A stretch of 35,135 bases of DNA from Octopus bimaculoides (GCF_001194135.2 NC_068981.1:162421266-162456400); one strand, 5' to 3'; counted from the first letter of the stretch, positions 1 through 11,443 are shown. Notes: generated by a model not told the origin, from the sequence alone. Translations and numbers: made by a program.

Positions 1-37
1 TATATATACATACATATATATATACATACATATATAC

Positions 38-191
38 AACGGGCTTCTTTCAGTTTCCGTCTACCAAATCCACTCACAAGGCTTCGGTCGGCCTGAGGCT
101 ATAGTAGAAGACACTTGCCCAAGGTGCCATGCAGTGGGAATGAACTTGAAACCATGTGGTTGGTAAGCAAGCTACTTACCACACAGCCACT
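38..191 (-). mobile_element. tRNA-derived SINE, CORE-type (head and body)
   Basis: Reverse complement reads gtggctgtgtggtaagtagcttgcttacc...ggcaccttgggcaagtgtcttc: a tRNA-like head plus a CORE-like ccttgggcaagt motif. Homologous copies at 11042, 13267, 13770 and 24945. Confidence 0.8.
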
Positions 192-444
192 CCTGAATAA
201 AAATCAAAAAGTAAGGAATGGAACCAGTAAAATAAAATATGGACTACAACCATTTCATAGCAAAGTGAGGCTAAATTTCAAAACAAGATGAGGTGTGTAA
301 CTTATACTATTAATAAACATGTTTTGTCACATATTGTCCACCTTTTATCATATGCACTAGCTGCATAAATGCTTGAAGCATGCAAACTTCCAACACTTAA
401 ATCCCTGGATTGTACATACCTATTACTATATATATTATATATAT

Positions 445-1278
445 GTAGGACAAGCCCATTGTAGTTCAGGCATCAGTCTGCTAACCAGCATCATTAGGTG
501 AACTCTTACTGCCACATGGGGCATCCTTGTTTTGCAGCGCTTCTCTCTTTTTTGTTGATTTTTGTGATGGTTGAAACAAAGGAAGAGTGTACTTCTATCA
601 AATTCTGTTTTCTGCTGGAGAAAATGGCACTCAAAACAGTTGTCATGCTTCAAACAGCTTACAAGGAAGCTACCATGAGCAAAACAAAAGTTTACAAGTG
701 GTTTTTTTATGCTTTAGGAATGGTCACTTGTCTCTTGAAGACCAATCTCACTCAGGGCAACTGTTGACCTCCCAAATGAATGAAACCAGCATGAGAATTT
801 ATGAACTGATCTTGGAGGACCATCACCGAAAAATTGACAAACTTGTTGATATGATCGGTGTGTCCTGGAGCTCCTACCAACGAATTTTGAGCAAGCGATT
901 GCAAACGAAAAGACTTGCAGCAAAATTTGTGCTTCACTTGCTCATGGAATAATCAAAAACAGTCACAAGTGAATGCATGTCATAAACTGAAAGAACAGTT
1001 GGAAGTTGATTCAGATATTTTTTCGAAGGTCATCACTGGTGAAGAAAGCTGGTGCTATGGAATTTGCAAATGTGGAAGAGGTGAAGAAAAAAATTGAATG
1101 AGGCATTAAACGGTATCACTTCACAAGAGTTCCAGCACTGCTTTGAACAGTGCAAAACACATCTGGACCAATACATTGCTTCAAATGGAGAAAATACTTT
1201 GGAGGAGATAAAAGTGTAAGCAAGTAAAACTAAATGAATAAAATAACATTACAAAATTCTTTTCTATATCCCCTCATA
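445..1278 (+). mobile_element. Mariner (DD34D-type) transposon relic, frameshifted and internally deleted
   Basis: HTH region KFCFLLEK...KTKVYKWF, linker RLAAKFVLHLL (WVPxxL equivalent), first catalytic motif KVITGEESWCYG. The sequence then jumps to the C-terminus FANVEEVKKK...QHCFEQ...ASNGEYF. The right end cccctcata resembles a mariner TIR plus TA. The left end is uncertain. Confidence 0.9.
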
Positions 1279-1294
1279 TATTCAGAAAATAAGC

Positions 1295-1361
1295 ACATAT
1301 ATACATGTATACACACACACATGTATATATATTTCTTTACTGCCCACAAAGGGCTACACAC

Positions 1362-1399
<38 letters not shown>

Positions 1400-1703
1400 N
1401 NNNNNNNNNATATATATATATATATATATATACATGTGTGTGTGTGTGTGTGTGTGTGCATGTGTGTAATTACTAATCATGAACATTTTGATTATTACAT
1501 AATTCTGAGCTTTCAGAAACAGCTATCAATTTAAAAGCCTATACATTCTCTCCTTAGTATTCTATATGTTTTATGTTCTATGTAAATATATTTGTCTATA
1601 TGTAGATAAATATGTATATGTATGTACGTATGAATGTATGTGTATATGTATGTATGTGCATGTGTGTACATATGTGTGTGTGATTTTATCTTCTGAATAT
1701 AAG

Positions 1704-1738
<35 letters not shown>

Positions 1739-1800
1739 ATATATGTATCTATGTTTATTTATATATATATGTTTATATATGTTTATCTATGTCAAGCCTA
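1295..1800. repeat. Compound microsatellite tract (TA)n/(CA)n/(TG)n/(TATG)n, includes a 10-N gap
   Basis: Directly visible simple repeats interspersed with short AT-rich sequence. Confidence 0.85.
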
Positions 1801-2015
1801 ATAATGTTTATCTGCATCACTGTTTCCATATCAGCTCAGCTTAATTTCTCTTATAGCCTCTCTTGACACCATGGACCTAGTCTTCAATAAAATGTTTCAG
1901 AGTTTAAGTTCAAATTATTCAAACACTGCTATGAGTTTTCTATATGAATCTTGTCCAGTTCTCATTTTGTAACTGTATGTGTATGAACACACACACACAC
2001 ATATAGATATATATA

Positions 2016-2284
2016 TGAATTCTTTTAAGAACAGAAATTTAATGAACTCTATGGGCCTTAGTAAATACATTTGGGAACTTAAATCAAAAAGAATAAAATA
2101 CGAGTTAAAATGGGAAATAGTTTACAAGGCTGAATCATATAGGATAGGGAATAAATTCTGCTTATTATGTACTAACGAATTTAAAGAGATATTATTAGCT
2201 AACAAAAAATTGATTAACTCCCACGATGAAAATGATATTGAATGCAGACATAAATTAAATTACTTATATCATAAGTTTAGATAA
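2016..2284 (+). mobile_element. Penelope-like element, C-terminal part of the GIY-YIG endonuclease
   Basis: ORF 1979-2284 gives LSKYIWELK...LKWEIV...CLLC..E..EIL...LIN..DE....CRH, the C-terminal pattern (CxLC...CRH) of C-terminal-EN PLEs. Clade (Hydra-like or Neptune-like) not resolved. Confidence 0.85.
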
Positions 2285-2480
2285 CCAATTTATTTATTTA
2301 AACTTAGTATTAGGTACCGACTTATAGTTATGATCAGTAGCGTAAAATACTTCAAATTAGCTTTAGAATACACTTTAATCATCACAACGTTATACAAAAT
2401 TGGAACATATAACTACCTTTACTTTAAGTATTCAACCATAATATTAGCAGTCTTTTACAATGTTTCATAACATTAATTAA

Positions 2481-2905
2481 GTAATATATAACCTTCGTAT
2501 TTGGTATAGTTATTATTCTGCGTAAATCTGAGAGTTTTAAGTATTTTAGTATTATTAATCTTCAATAAACTTTGTATTTTAGGTAGATTTTCTTTTTCGA
2601 TATTTTCGTTATTATTTTAGTAATTATAACACGTATTTACCTCTGGTAACGGACGCCACGTTTATCACGTGACTTTTCAGTATTAATCTTCATGGCATTA
2701 TTTACGTAATATAGAATTTTCGTATGTGTATAGTTATTACTCTGCATTAATTTGCAAATTTAAGTATTTTTGATCCTCAAGAAACTTTTTATTTTAGGTA
2801 GATTTTCTTTTTCGATATTTTCGTTGTTATTTTAGTAATTATAATACGCATGTACTTCTGGGTAATAGACGCCATATTTATCACGTGACCTTTTAGTATA
2901 AATTC
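2481..2905 (+). repeat. Diverged tandem duplication (two units of about 200-225 bp) in the PLE 3' / pseudo-LTR region
   Basis: 2481-2706 and 2707-2905 share gtaatata..tcgtat..tatagttatta.tctgc, ttttaggtagattttctttttcgatattttcgtt.ttattttagtaattataa and gacgcca..tttatcacgtgac. Confidence 0.85.
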
Positions 2906-3225
2906 TATAGCACAGCCATTTTTGTTTTAGTCGACAGTTAGCAGCCGGTAGATAAGTCACGTTTACTTATTTTAATTTTATAAACAATATTGGCATCCGT
3001 CTTTTAGTAACTTTGTACACTAACACATTTTTTTTATTATTATCTACTTATTCCATAATGTTTTAACTTTGTTTACTATAATATTTTTAGATTGTAACTC
3101 TTAATAATTATATTAATACCGTTAATGTAGGGATTAGTTTACAGATTTTGTCTCTTTATATATATTTTTATTCCTCATGTTTATGTTTATTCCTTGAATG
3201 ATTTTAGATATTTTCTTAGAGATTT

Positions 3226-3331
3226 GACCTGAAGAGTGACTGATTTGGGGAGTAAAATCATTTCCCCGTTCTTGGATAGAATTTGCTTATGACTTTATAT
3301 AGTCCTATTTCAGCCATGAAACGGTGTAGTC
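3226..3331 (+). ncRNA. Degenerate type I hammerhead-like motif with a long loop II insertion
   Basis: gac-CTGAAGA (3229-3235), stem II GTGACTGA/TCAGCCAT, GAAAC (3318-3322), GGT, GTA triplet, then gtc pairing with gac. Lies downstream of the PLE endonuclease ORF. Confidence 0.5.
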
Positions 3332-3703
3332 TATGTACTAGCACTAAATTTTTACATTTATACTTCCATACTGTATATTATCGTATTAATTTTTACTGTC
3401 CAATTTATAAATTTGACTTTTAAATTTTTTAAATTAATATTTTTATGATTTATTTATGTAATATGTTATTTCATTTAAATTTCTAGATTAAAATCTTAGA
3501 TATATTAAGATGGTATATGCCTCACAATATGGATTTGGACGGGTTCTGGGTTGTAGAGTGGTGGTTCGTCTCTAAATTAGTTATATACATATATATTATA
3601 TATTTGGAAACCCGGTATAATATTATACCGATTTTTGCCTGTAAGGTTGGAATAAATTTTTTACTCCCTAATATTATTACTATATATATATATATATATA
3701 TAT

Positions 3704-3858
3704 AGTAAAGATTATTTGCCAACGTAATATGGCAGTCCTGGTTAGGATGATTGTTACTGTTATTTAGCCCAGGAAACATTGTCTCCAGCTGGGCCTAAAT
3801 AACAGTTACAATTGTCCTAACCAGAACTGCCACATTATGTTGGCAAATAATCTTTACT
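3704..3858. mobile_element. Fold-back MITE-like hairpin with about 68-70 bp arms
   Basis: 3704-3771 is a near-perfect reverse complement of 3789-3858, with a 17 nt spacer. It abuts a (TA)n tract. Confidence 0.85.
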
Positions 3859-3932
3859 CTAGAATACTGTTAGTGTATGTCTATCATTCAGAGATTTAGA
3901 AATAATAATTTTATATATATATATGCATGCAT

Positions 3933-4574
3933 ATATGGGTACAGGATGTAACCAACGGTGCAAATAACATGAAATGCATAAACAACAAGGAAGAAATGAA
4001 GAACAGGACAAGTAAACAGAGAAACGCCACTTCATCAGTTGTCGGCTCTCCAGCTACTCTTCATTTCGAGCGTTCAACAACAATATGGGTCTTCAAAGAC
4101 AGTTGCTTGATGCGACTCTCTATACTCTTTTCTTCCTCCATTTTACTCCCCCTACCTCCTTCACCCTTTTCTATTTGTCTCTCTGTCTCTCCCCTTTTCT
4201 TTCTTTTTCTTTCTCTTTCTCTCGTTGCTTCTTTTCAAAAAACTGTTTCTCCCAGTGTTCATTATTTGCCGCTCATTCTGGTCTAACGACCTTCTGTATT
4301 TCCTTTTGGTTTAGATGTACGACTTCACTGTCATGTTTTTGTTCCCAACTTTAACCCTCTATAAATCCTAAATTTTATTTTAGAATTTACAGGAGCAACT
4401 CATATTGTCACTGAATGCTCAAAATGCGGGGTAGATAGACAGCAGACAACTGATGAAGGGTCCTTTCTCTGTGTTCACTTGTCCTTTCTCCATTTTTCTC
4501 TGTGTTTACGCATTTAACTCATTTGTTTATGTATTCATGTTATTTGCACCATTGGTGATGTCCTGTACCCATAT
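3933..4574. mobile_element. Non-autonomous element with long imperfect inverted arms (PLE-derived or MITE)
   Basis: Ends atatgggtacaggatgtaaccaacggtgcaaataacatgaa and ttcatgttatttgcaccattggtgatgtcctgtacccatat are inverted repeats. The arms of about 175 bp (3933-4106 and about 4395-4574) enclose a pyrimidine-rich middle. Flanked by TA-rich microsatellites. Confidence 0.75.
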
Positions 4575-4580
4575 GTGCAC

Positions 4581-4657
<77 letters not shown>

Positions 4658-4887
4658 CATATATCATATATTATTTATTATTTAATTAAATGTGACACAT
4701 CCATTTCCAAGTATATATGTATGTATATATATATATTATTTAATTAAATGTGACACATCCATTTCCAAGTATAGATATATATATATATATATATATATAT
4801 GGGAGAATGTACGAAAAAACAACAGACGAGAACAGGTTGTGTAAATAACAAAAGGCTGTATTAGTATGACGCTCGGGAATACGGAAA

Positions 4888-4925
4888 GTCTTTGACGTTT
4901 CGAGCTACGCTCTTCAACAGAAAGA
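4888..4925 (-). ncRNA. Minimal type I hammerhead-like motif (variant core) within a PLE-like fragment at 4801-4957
   Basis: Minus strand reads TCTTT-CTGTTGA-A-GAGC-GTA-GCTC-GAAAC-GTC-AAAGA: perfect 5 bp stem I, 4 bp stem II, ACGT palindrome in place of stem III. Core A6 is replaced by U. Confidence 0.55.
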
Positions 4926-4967
4926 ATACGGAGACAAGGAGAAAAACACGGAGAAAAATATATATAT

Positions 4968-5000
<33 letters not shown>

Positions 5001-5127
5001 ATTAAAATAGTAGGGTAAAAAATTGGATATTAATTAATATCAATTTAATACCAGGAAACTAGCACATTAAAAGAAACAGAATTCAGAAAAAATTATCTGA
5101 GATCTCAAAAGGATTCCAAAAGGATCT

Positions 5128-5164
<37 letters not shown>

Positions 5165-5319
5165 GGTAATGAGGTTGAAGAAAAATATTACAAATCCAAC
5201 AGTTGTGTCTGGGGTTCAGTGGTCCGAAATAATGTTTGTAGGTTGATTCCCTCTTCAGATAAGATGAGCCTCTGTCTTCAGGGAAGAGATCTTACTTTTA
5301 AGTTGTTGACAGAAATATA

Positions 5320-5770
5320 TATACATTTTTTTGTGTTTCATGTATTTGATGGTATTCGATGACTGGCACCTGTGCCAGTGGAGCGGGATCACTGCCAGAG
5401 CAGCGGTCTCACTTCTGTGCCAGTGGCATGTAAATTGCACCATTTGAGCACGATCGTTTCCAGCTTTGCCTTACTGGCACTCGTGCCGGTGGCATGTGAA
5501 CAAAACATTGGACTGACTCCTGTGCAGGTGGCACATAAAAAAAACACCATTTGAGCATGGCCGTTGCCAGTACCGCTGGACTGGCTCTCATGCTGGTGGC
5601 ACGTAAAAACACCTACTACACTCTCAGAGTGGTTGGTGTTAGGAAGGGCATCCAGTTGTAGAAACTCTGCCAGAACAGATTGGAGTCTGGTGTAGCCATC
5701 TGGTTCGCCAGTCCCCAGTCAAATCGTCCAACCCATGCTAGCATGGAAAGTGGACGTTAAATGATGATGA
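5320..5770 (+). mobile_element. RTE-LINE 3' end or RTE-tailed SINE
   Basis: Ends ...ccaacccatgctagcatggaaagtggacgttaaatgatgatga. This is the same tail that follows the RTE ORF fragment at 21218-22070. Confidence 0.75.
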
Positions 5771-5840
5771 TTGACCTGCCTAATTTACTTATTACATTTA
5801 CTTCTCTCTCTCTCTCTTGAGATATATATAATTTAATTTA

Positions 5841-6008
5841 TATAAGGGCATTACTATACAATAATGCCTCACGCTTAGAGGGTCGCGAGGGAATGCAACT
5901 TTGAAAGTTACATTCCCTCGCGATCGGTAAAAATGTGCTTATTTTGGTAGTTTTGACTTATGAAGTCCCTCTAAGCGTGTGGCATTATTGTATAGTAATG
6001 CCCTTATA
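5841..6008. mobile_element. 168 bp MITE with 42 bp TIRs and a nested 20 bp-arm hairpin
   Basis: TIRs at 5841-5882 and 5967-6008 match at 41 of 42 positions. Inner arms at 5883-5902 and 5904-5923 match at 19 of 20. TA flanks on both sides. Confidence 0.9.
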
Positions 6009-6139
6009 TATATATATATATATATATTTATGGAAAAATAATGGTTTTTTTCCTTATGAGGTTTTTTCACACTAACTACTTGATAAATTCTTATAAAGAT
6101 TTTATCCTTACATTATATATATATATATATACGTATATA

Positions 6140-6620
6140 TAATATCACCGTCGTCGTCGTCATCATTGTCACCATCATCATCATCATGTAACGTCCATTT
6201 TCAATGCTGGCATGAGTCGTATGGTTTTGACGGGCTGGTAAGACTGGGAGCTGCACCGGACTCCATTGTCTGTTTTGGCATGATTCATGACTGGATATCC
6301 TTCCTAATACCAACCACTTGACAGAGTGTACTAGGGTGTTTTTTTATATGGCACCAGTGCCTTTTATGTGGCACTAGTACCACTGCGTTTTATGTGGTAC
6401 TAGCACCAGCACATTTTACGTGGCATCAGCACCAACAGGGTCACTGAGTAACTTGCAAAACAAACCCCTCCCCACACTCATTTATGAAGAAGGAATAGTT
6501 GTGTGTGGGGTGTCTTTCTGTTGGTTGATGAGAGATTAGAGGTATAGAGGGACAGGTGTGTCCCTTGAAGGTATGCACTGATACATCTTCCCAACCAGCT
6601 GTCTCTATCTTAGAGTCAAA
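6140..6620 (-). mobile_element. RTE-LINE 3' end or RTE-tailed SINE
   Basis: (CAT)n followed by taacgtccattttcaatgctggcatg, homologous to the other copies. Confidence 0.7.
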
Positions 6621-7759
6621 CTCACCTGCTCTCTTTATCATAAATGTGTGTGTGTATGTATACACACGTACACACATATATACAGAGAGAGACAGGCAGA
6701 CAAACAGACAGACTAAGAGGGAAGGAATGAGAGGAGGGAAGAGAGAGTGAGTGAGACAATACAATGTTAGTGATAGCATTGTTTCCATAGACTAACCCAT
6801 CGATTCTCCACACGGCTGGTGACAAATAATGATGTTGAAATTGTTTCTCATTTTACATATAGCAAGCTTTTCAGTGATGTGACAGGGAATTGAATTTTAT
6901 GGTAATTCTACACTCTCATGTTCTCAGTTTCTGTCTTGTTTTGTATAAATACGAAGCAGACAGATCTAGCTATGAATATTTCTTCATTATATTGATTTTT
7001 TATTTGTTCATAATGGATGAGATAGTTGACACCTCACACTAATACTATCTTATTACTCTGGCAGAAAAATCTCTTGTTTATATCCTGTGAGGTTTAACTG
7101 TAGTTATTGAATGGCCAACAGATAACTAACAGATGTCATTGGCTAGAAAAATGGCACAAGTTAATCCGAAGACCCAGTGTTTGGTAATATAACATTCCTA
7201 TGAAAAATCTTCTATGGGTTTCCAGGTTGCAATGTTATGGGAAAAGAAAATGATATTTAATAACAGTCATGCTTTTTGTTTTTTCCGTTCTTCAAAATTA
7301 TTTGTGAAGTAAATAAATTGGCACCAGTTGGCAACAATGAAAAGCGTATGGAATTTATCTCTTGCTCTCTGGCATTCTCCACAATATTTCATGATTAAAT
7401 TGCTTGCAAAGAATGGCAAGTTTTCAAAGTGGTAGCACACTAGCTGAAATGCCTTATAGCATATATAATTACAGACATTTTTACACTTCTCACTAGCTTC
7501 ATTCAATTGACTGTAAGTTATACAGAGGTATTTCATTCTATAGTGCAGTTGCTTACATCGACCTTACAACTTATTTGTTTATTGATGGGTACTTATTATG
7601 TCAATATATTTTAATGAGCCACTGTGTTTTGGGGATGTAAAAAAACCAACACCAGTTGTCAAGGAGTGGTGGGCAGGGACAAATACAGACACAAAGACAT
7701 GCACACACACATTTAAGTATAAATATTTGTGTGTATATGTGTGCATATATATATATATA

Positions 7760-7980
7760 TCATCATCATCGTCGTTTAACGTCCACTTTCCATTCTAGCA
7801 TGGGTTGGACGATTTGACTGAGGACTGGTGCAACCAGATGGCTACACCTGGCTCCAATCTGATTTGGCAGAGTTTCTACAGCTGGATGCTCTTCCTAACG
7901 CCAACCACTCAGAGAGTGTAGTGGGTGCTTTTTACGTGCCACCGGCACGAAGGCCAGTCAGGCGGTATTGGCAACGGCTA
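7760..7980 (-). mobile_element. RTE-LINE 3' end or RTE-tailed SINE
   Basis: catcatcatcgtcgtttaacgtccactttccattctagcatgggttggacgatttgactgaggactgg; highly similar to 20540 and 34950. Confidence 0.8.
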
Positions 7981-8099
7981 TGATGTATATAAAACTTACT
8001 TGGAAAAGGATGCGTGGCGTTCGATCACATAATAATATAAATAATATATATCCATACATATATGTACATACCTACATCTATATGTATACATACATGCAT

Positions 8100-8428
8100 A
8101 TATGGGTTGTTCTCAGTCCTGTTTTTACTGTCTTGTTCTCACTGTCCTGTTCTTCTTAACACTTTCACCTTCCGCAAAAAATTCCAAATTTTATTTAATT
8201 TGCTTTGTGGGAAGGACTGTTCCAACGAAGTCGCGTATTGTCCTTGCCTTCAAAACGTGGAGTAAATGGAACAGGGACAACTGACGGAGGGTTATACTCT
8301 TTATGTTGCATGTCTCATTTCTCTGTTTGTTTTTTTTCGTTGTTCGAAAGAAGTTTGTTTTCTGTTTTCGTCTTTATCTTTTTGTTTCGCATTGTGCTTA
8401 ACGTTTTTCTGATGTCCTGTACCCATAT
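8100..8428 (+). mobile_element. Diverged relative of the 3933-4574 element
   Basis: Shares aaattttattt, gtattgtcc...gggacaactgacggaggg and the terminus tgatgtcctgtacccatat. Confidence 0.65.
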
Positions 8429-8502
8429 ATGCATGTATGTATACATATAGATGTAGGTATGTACATATATGTATGGATATATGCATATGTTTATATATTA
8501 TT

Positions 8503-8561
<59 letters not shown>

Positions 8562-9342
8562 TATTTACATATATATTTGCACACACGTGTGGGTGTGGGT
8601 GTGTGCGCATGTGTATTTAAATATAGTAATCGGTGTGCACTCAAAGCAATGATTAGTAACTTTATGAAACCGGTATGCTTTTGAATTTCTATAACAATTC
8701 AAAATGACTTCTATTACTTTTATTCCTACCTCAGTTCATCTAATTGTATATATCTATCATTACATTTCATAAAAAACCTTAATTTTTTTTGATTTCCAAT
8801 GTGCATTTTCGCTCATTTTTCTTCTTACTTTCCCCTTACATTTCCATGTGTAGTAACTATTTTGTTTTTGTAACATATTTCTATTATATATATATGTGTG
8901 TATAATAATATTAGGGACAAAATCCAAAATTAAAGGTAAAAACTCAATTAAAATCAATTTATAAAAAATTAAAACTAAATTGAGCTTTATAAATTAAAAT
9001 ATATAGTTTTAGGGAAAAGAACCAAGTTACAAATATATAAAAAGACAACGCTCATTATTATATTAGGAGATTATACATACATTTTAACACTTTACAGTAT
9101 ACTTACATATATATATACATAATTCTAAAACAACAGGATTACTAAAGGAAGACCAGAATTTAAGGGAAGAGAAAACTAAAAAGTCTCATGATATTCATTG
9201 AAGGATTTTATTTCAGATATTCTCATTTTAAAAATCATCTCCGGTTAATTGTTGAGAGGACGTTGGTGTTCCCTTCAGCAGAGGTTTGTGCTCTCTGAGT
9301 GCTCTTATTACTATTATTATTATTGTTGTTGTTGCTATTATT

Positions 9343-9555
9343 AGGGCAGCAGGCTGACAGAATCATTAGTGCACTGGATGAAATGCTTAGTGGTATTTCA
9401 CCCATAGCTACATTCTGAGTTCAAATTCTGCTGAGGTCAACTTTGCCTTTCATCCTTTCATGTTCGATAAATTAAGCTCCAGTGAAACACAGGGGTCGAT
9501 GTAATTGACTAGCCTTCTCCCCCAAGTTTCAGGCCTTGTGCCTATAGTAGAAAGG
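9343..9555 (+). mobile_element. tRNA-derived SINE with a Meta/MESC-like central domain
   Basis: ggcagcaggctgacagaatcattag...gaaatgcttag...ttcaaattctgctgaggtcaactttgcctttcatcctttc...gataaattaag. The domain name is from recall. Confidence 0.8.
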
Positions 9556-9574
9556 ATTATTATTATTATTATTC

Positions 9575-9870
9575 AGTAGTTTTACTTTTATAGCTTGCTT
9601 TCACTTCACTAACGAGCGCAGCTCTGTGGGCCTTGGTTATGTGCTGTGGTTTGCTGTGGTGCTCTTATGGTTACTGTATTGAAAGTGTTTTGCGTAGGAT
9701 GTGTGCAATGCCCAGTTGTGCAATTTTCTGTATGTTATATATACTTGTAAGTCCTGGTGTTTTTGTTATGTATTTGTCTGAATATTTTTTTATCATACCT
9801 AATGCACCCACTATGATAGGAATCGTTTCTGTTTTTAGATTTCACATTCAAGTTACCTCAAATTAATATT
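9575..9870 (-). mobile_element. R4/Dong-type (RLE) LINE, 3' terminal fragment
   Basis: Minus strand translates EVT*M*NLKTETIPIIVGALGMIKKYSDKYITKTPGLTSIYNIQKIAQLGIAHILRKTLSIQ*, the C-terminus typical of RLE non-LTR elements, followed by a 3' UTR and (TAA)n tail. Confidence 0.8.
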
Positions 9871-9913
9871 ATATATATATATTATATATTATTATTATTA
9901 TTATTATTATCAT

Positions 9914-10430
9914 AAGGCAGTGAGCTGGCAAAATGTTTAGCTGCATTTTGTTCATTTTTACATTCTAAGTTCAAATTCTGCTGAGGTCAACATTGCCTTT
10001 CATCATTCTGGGGTCGATGAAATAAGTACCAGTTACACACTGAGGTCTATGTAATCGACTTAATCCCTTTGTTTGTCCCCTCTATGTTTAGCCCCCTGTG
10101 GGCAATAAAGAAATAAATATTCTAATTAAGGCAGCAAGCTGGCAGAAACATTAGCACGCCGGGCAAAATGCTTAGCGGTATTTTATCTGTTTACATTTTA
10201 AGTTCAAATTCCACCAAGGTCAACTTTGACTTTCACCCTTTCAGGGTCAATAAATTAAGTATCAGTTGCATACTGGGGTCAATCTAATCGACTGGCCCCC
10301 GCCTCCAAAATTTCAGGCCTTGTGCCTAGGGTAGAAAAGATGAAATAAGTATCAACTGAACACTGGTGTTGATGTAATCAACTTGTCCTGTCCCCCTAAA
10401 ACTGCTGGCCTTGTGCCAAAATTTGAAATC
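9914..10430 (+). mobile_element. Cluster of two Meta-like SINEs (9914-10117, 10128-10340) plus a third tail fragment
   Basis: Two heads (aaggcagtgagctggca, aaggcagcaagctggcag), each followed by the gcctttcatc..ggggtcgat domain, then an extra 3' segment. Confidence 0.8.
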
Positions 10431-11041
10431 ATTATTATTATGTTTTATATTTTATGGAGAGTGAATGTATTCAGACAATTTTATGGATAGATTCCTATGT
10501 CTGTTGTACTTAATAAAAAAAATCTGGGTTTTTTTTATTATTATTATTATTATTAAGCTTTAGAGCATTTAAGTACCCAATCCTTTTTGCCTAGAGGTGG
10601 TAAATATAAAGCTTATCTTTAGATCTATATTTTTTTCATAATTTATTTTGTTAATATTTGTTCATTTCCATAACAGTGTGAGTTTCTTCCTCTGGCATAC
10701 AAATCCTCAAAATTTCGAAGACATTTTCAAAATTTTGTAAACATTAACAAGGATTTTGAAAAAAAAAAATGGGAAAAAAAGACCTGACAAGCTGAAGGTA
10801 AAAAAATTAACTCTTAAGCATGTAAACACAAACACACTACACAGACAAAAGGAAATGGCAATTTTACAAACAACCAACAACAGAAATGGCCAACCAGTAA
10901 ATGCATTGCTGCCCAAAATGGAACAAGCACATACTGCTTGATTCCAAGCAGATGTGTACAGCTTTCCAATGGGTTTTCGCTTGATCATTTAGTGTAAATA
11001 CCAGTGACACTGATGGGCTTTAGCATCTGGTTGATGGCCTT

Positions 11042-11443
11042 CCATGTAAGCCTATGTGGTAAGAAGCTTGTTTCCCAACCACATAATTTCAGGTTCAGTC
11101 CCACTGCATGACACCTTGGGCAAGTGCCTTCTGCTATAGCGTTGGGCCAAACAAAGCCTTGTGAGCAGGTTTGGTAGACAGGAACTGAAAGAAGCCTGTT
11201 GTATATATATATATATATATGGGGCAGGGGCTGTCCTTTCCCCCACCATTGCTTGAAAACTGGTGCTGGTGTGCTTCCATCCCCGTAACATAGTGATTCA
11301 GTAAAAGAGATCAATAGAATAAGTGTCAGGCTTAAAAATAAAATAAATACTGAGATAAGTACTGGAGTCGATTCGTTTGACTAAAAATTCTCAAAGACAG
11401 TGCCCCAGCATGGCCACAGTCTAATGACTGAAACAAATAAAAG
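11042..11443 (+). mobile_element. Near full-length CORE-type SINE with an internal (TA)n
   Basis: tgtggtaagaagcttg...ggttcagtcccactgcatgacaccttgggcaagtgcc...ctgaaagaagcctgttg(TA)n...ccccagcatggccacagtctaatgactgaaacaaataaaaga. Confidence 0.8.

Noticed and set aside
4676-4773. 40 bp direct repeat (4676-4715 and 4734-4773) with a short spacer, superficially CRISPR-like
   Set aside because: Only two units, the spacer is a TA microsatellite, and the context is eukaryotic with no cas genes.
5200-5290. Two minus-strand CTGAAGA motifs; also a minus-strand CTGATGA near 26447-26453
   Set aside because: No properly placed GAAA, stem II or cleavage triplet, so not called as hammerheads.
6840-7560. ORF 7267-7536 and possible PLE linker remnant on the minus strand
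   Set aside because: Motif resemblance is too weak to call either a gene or an element.
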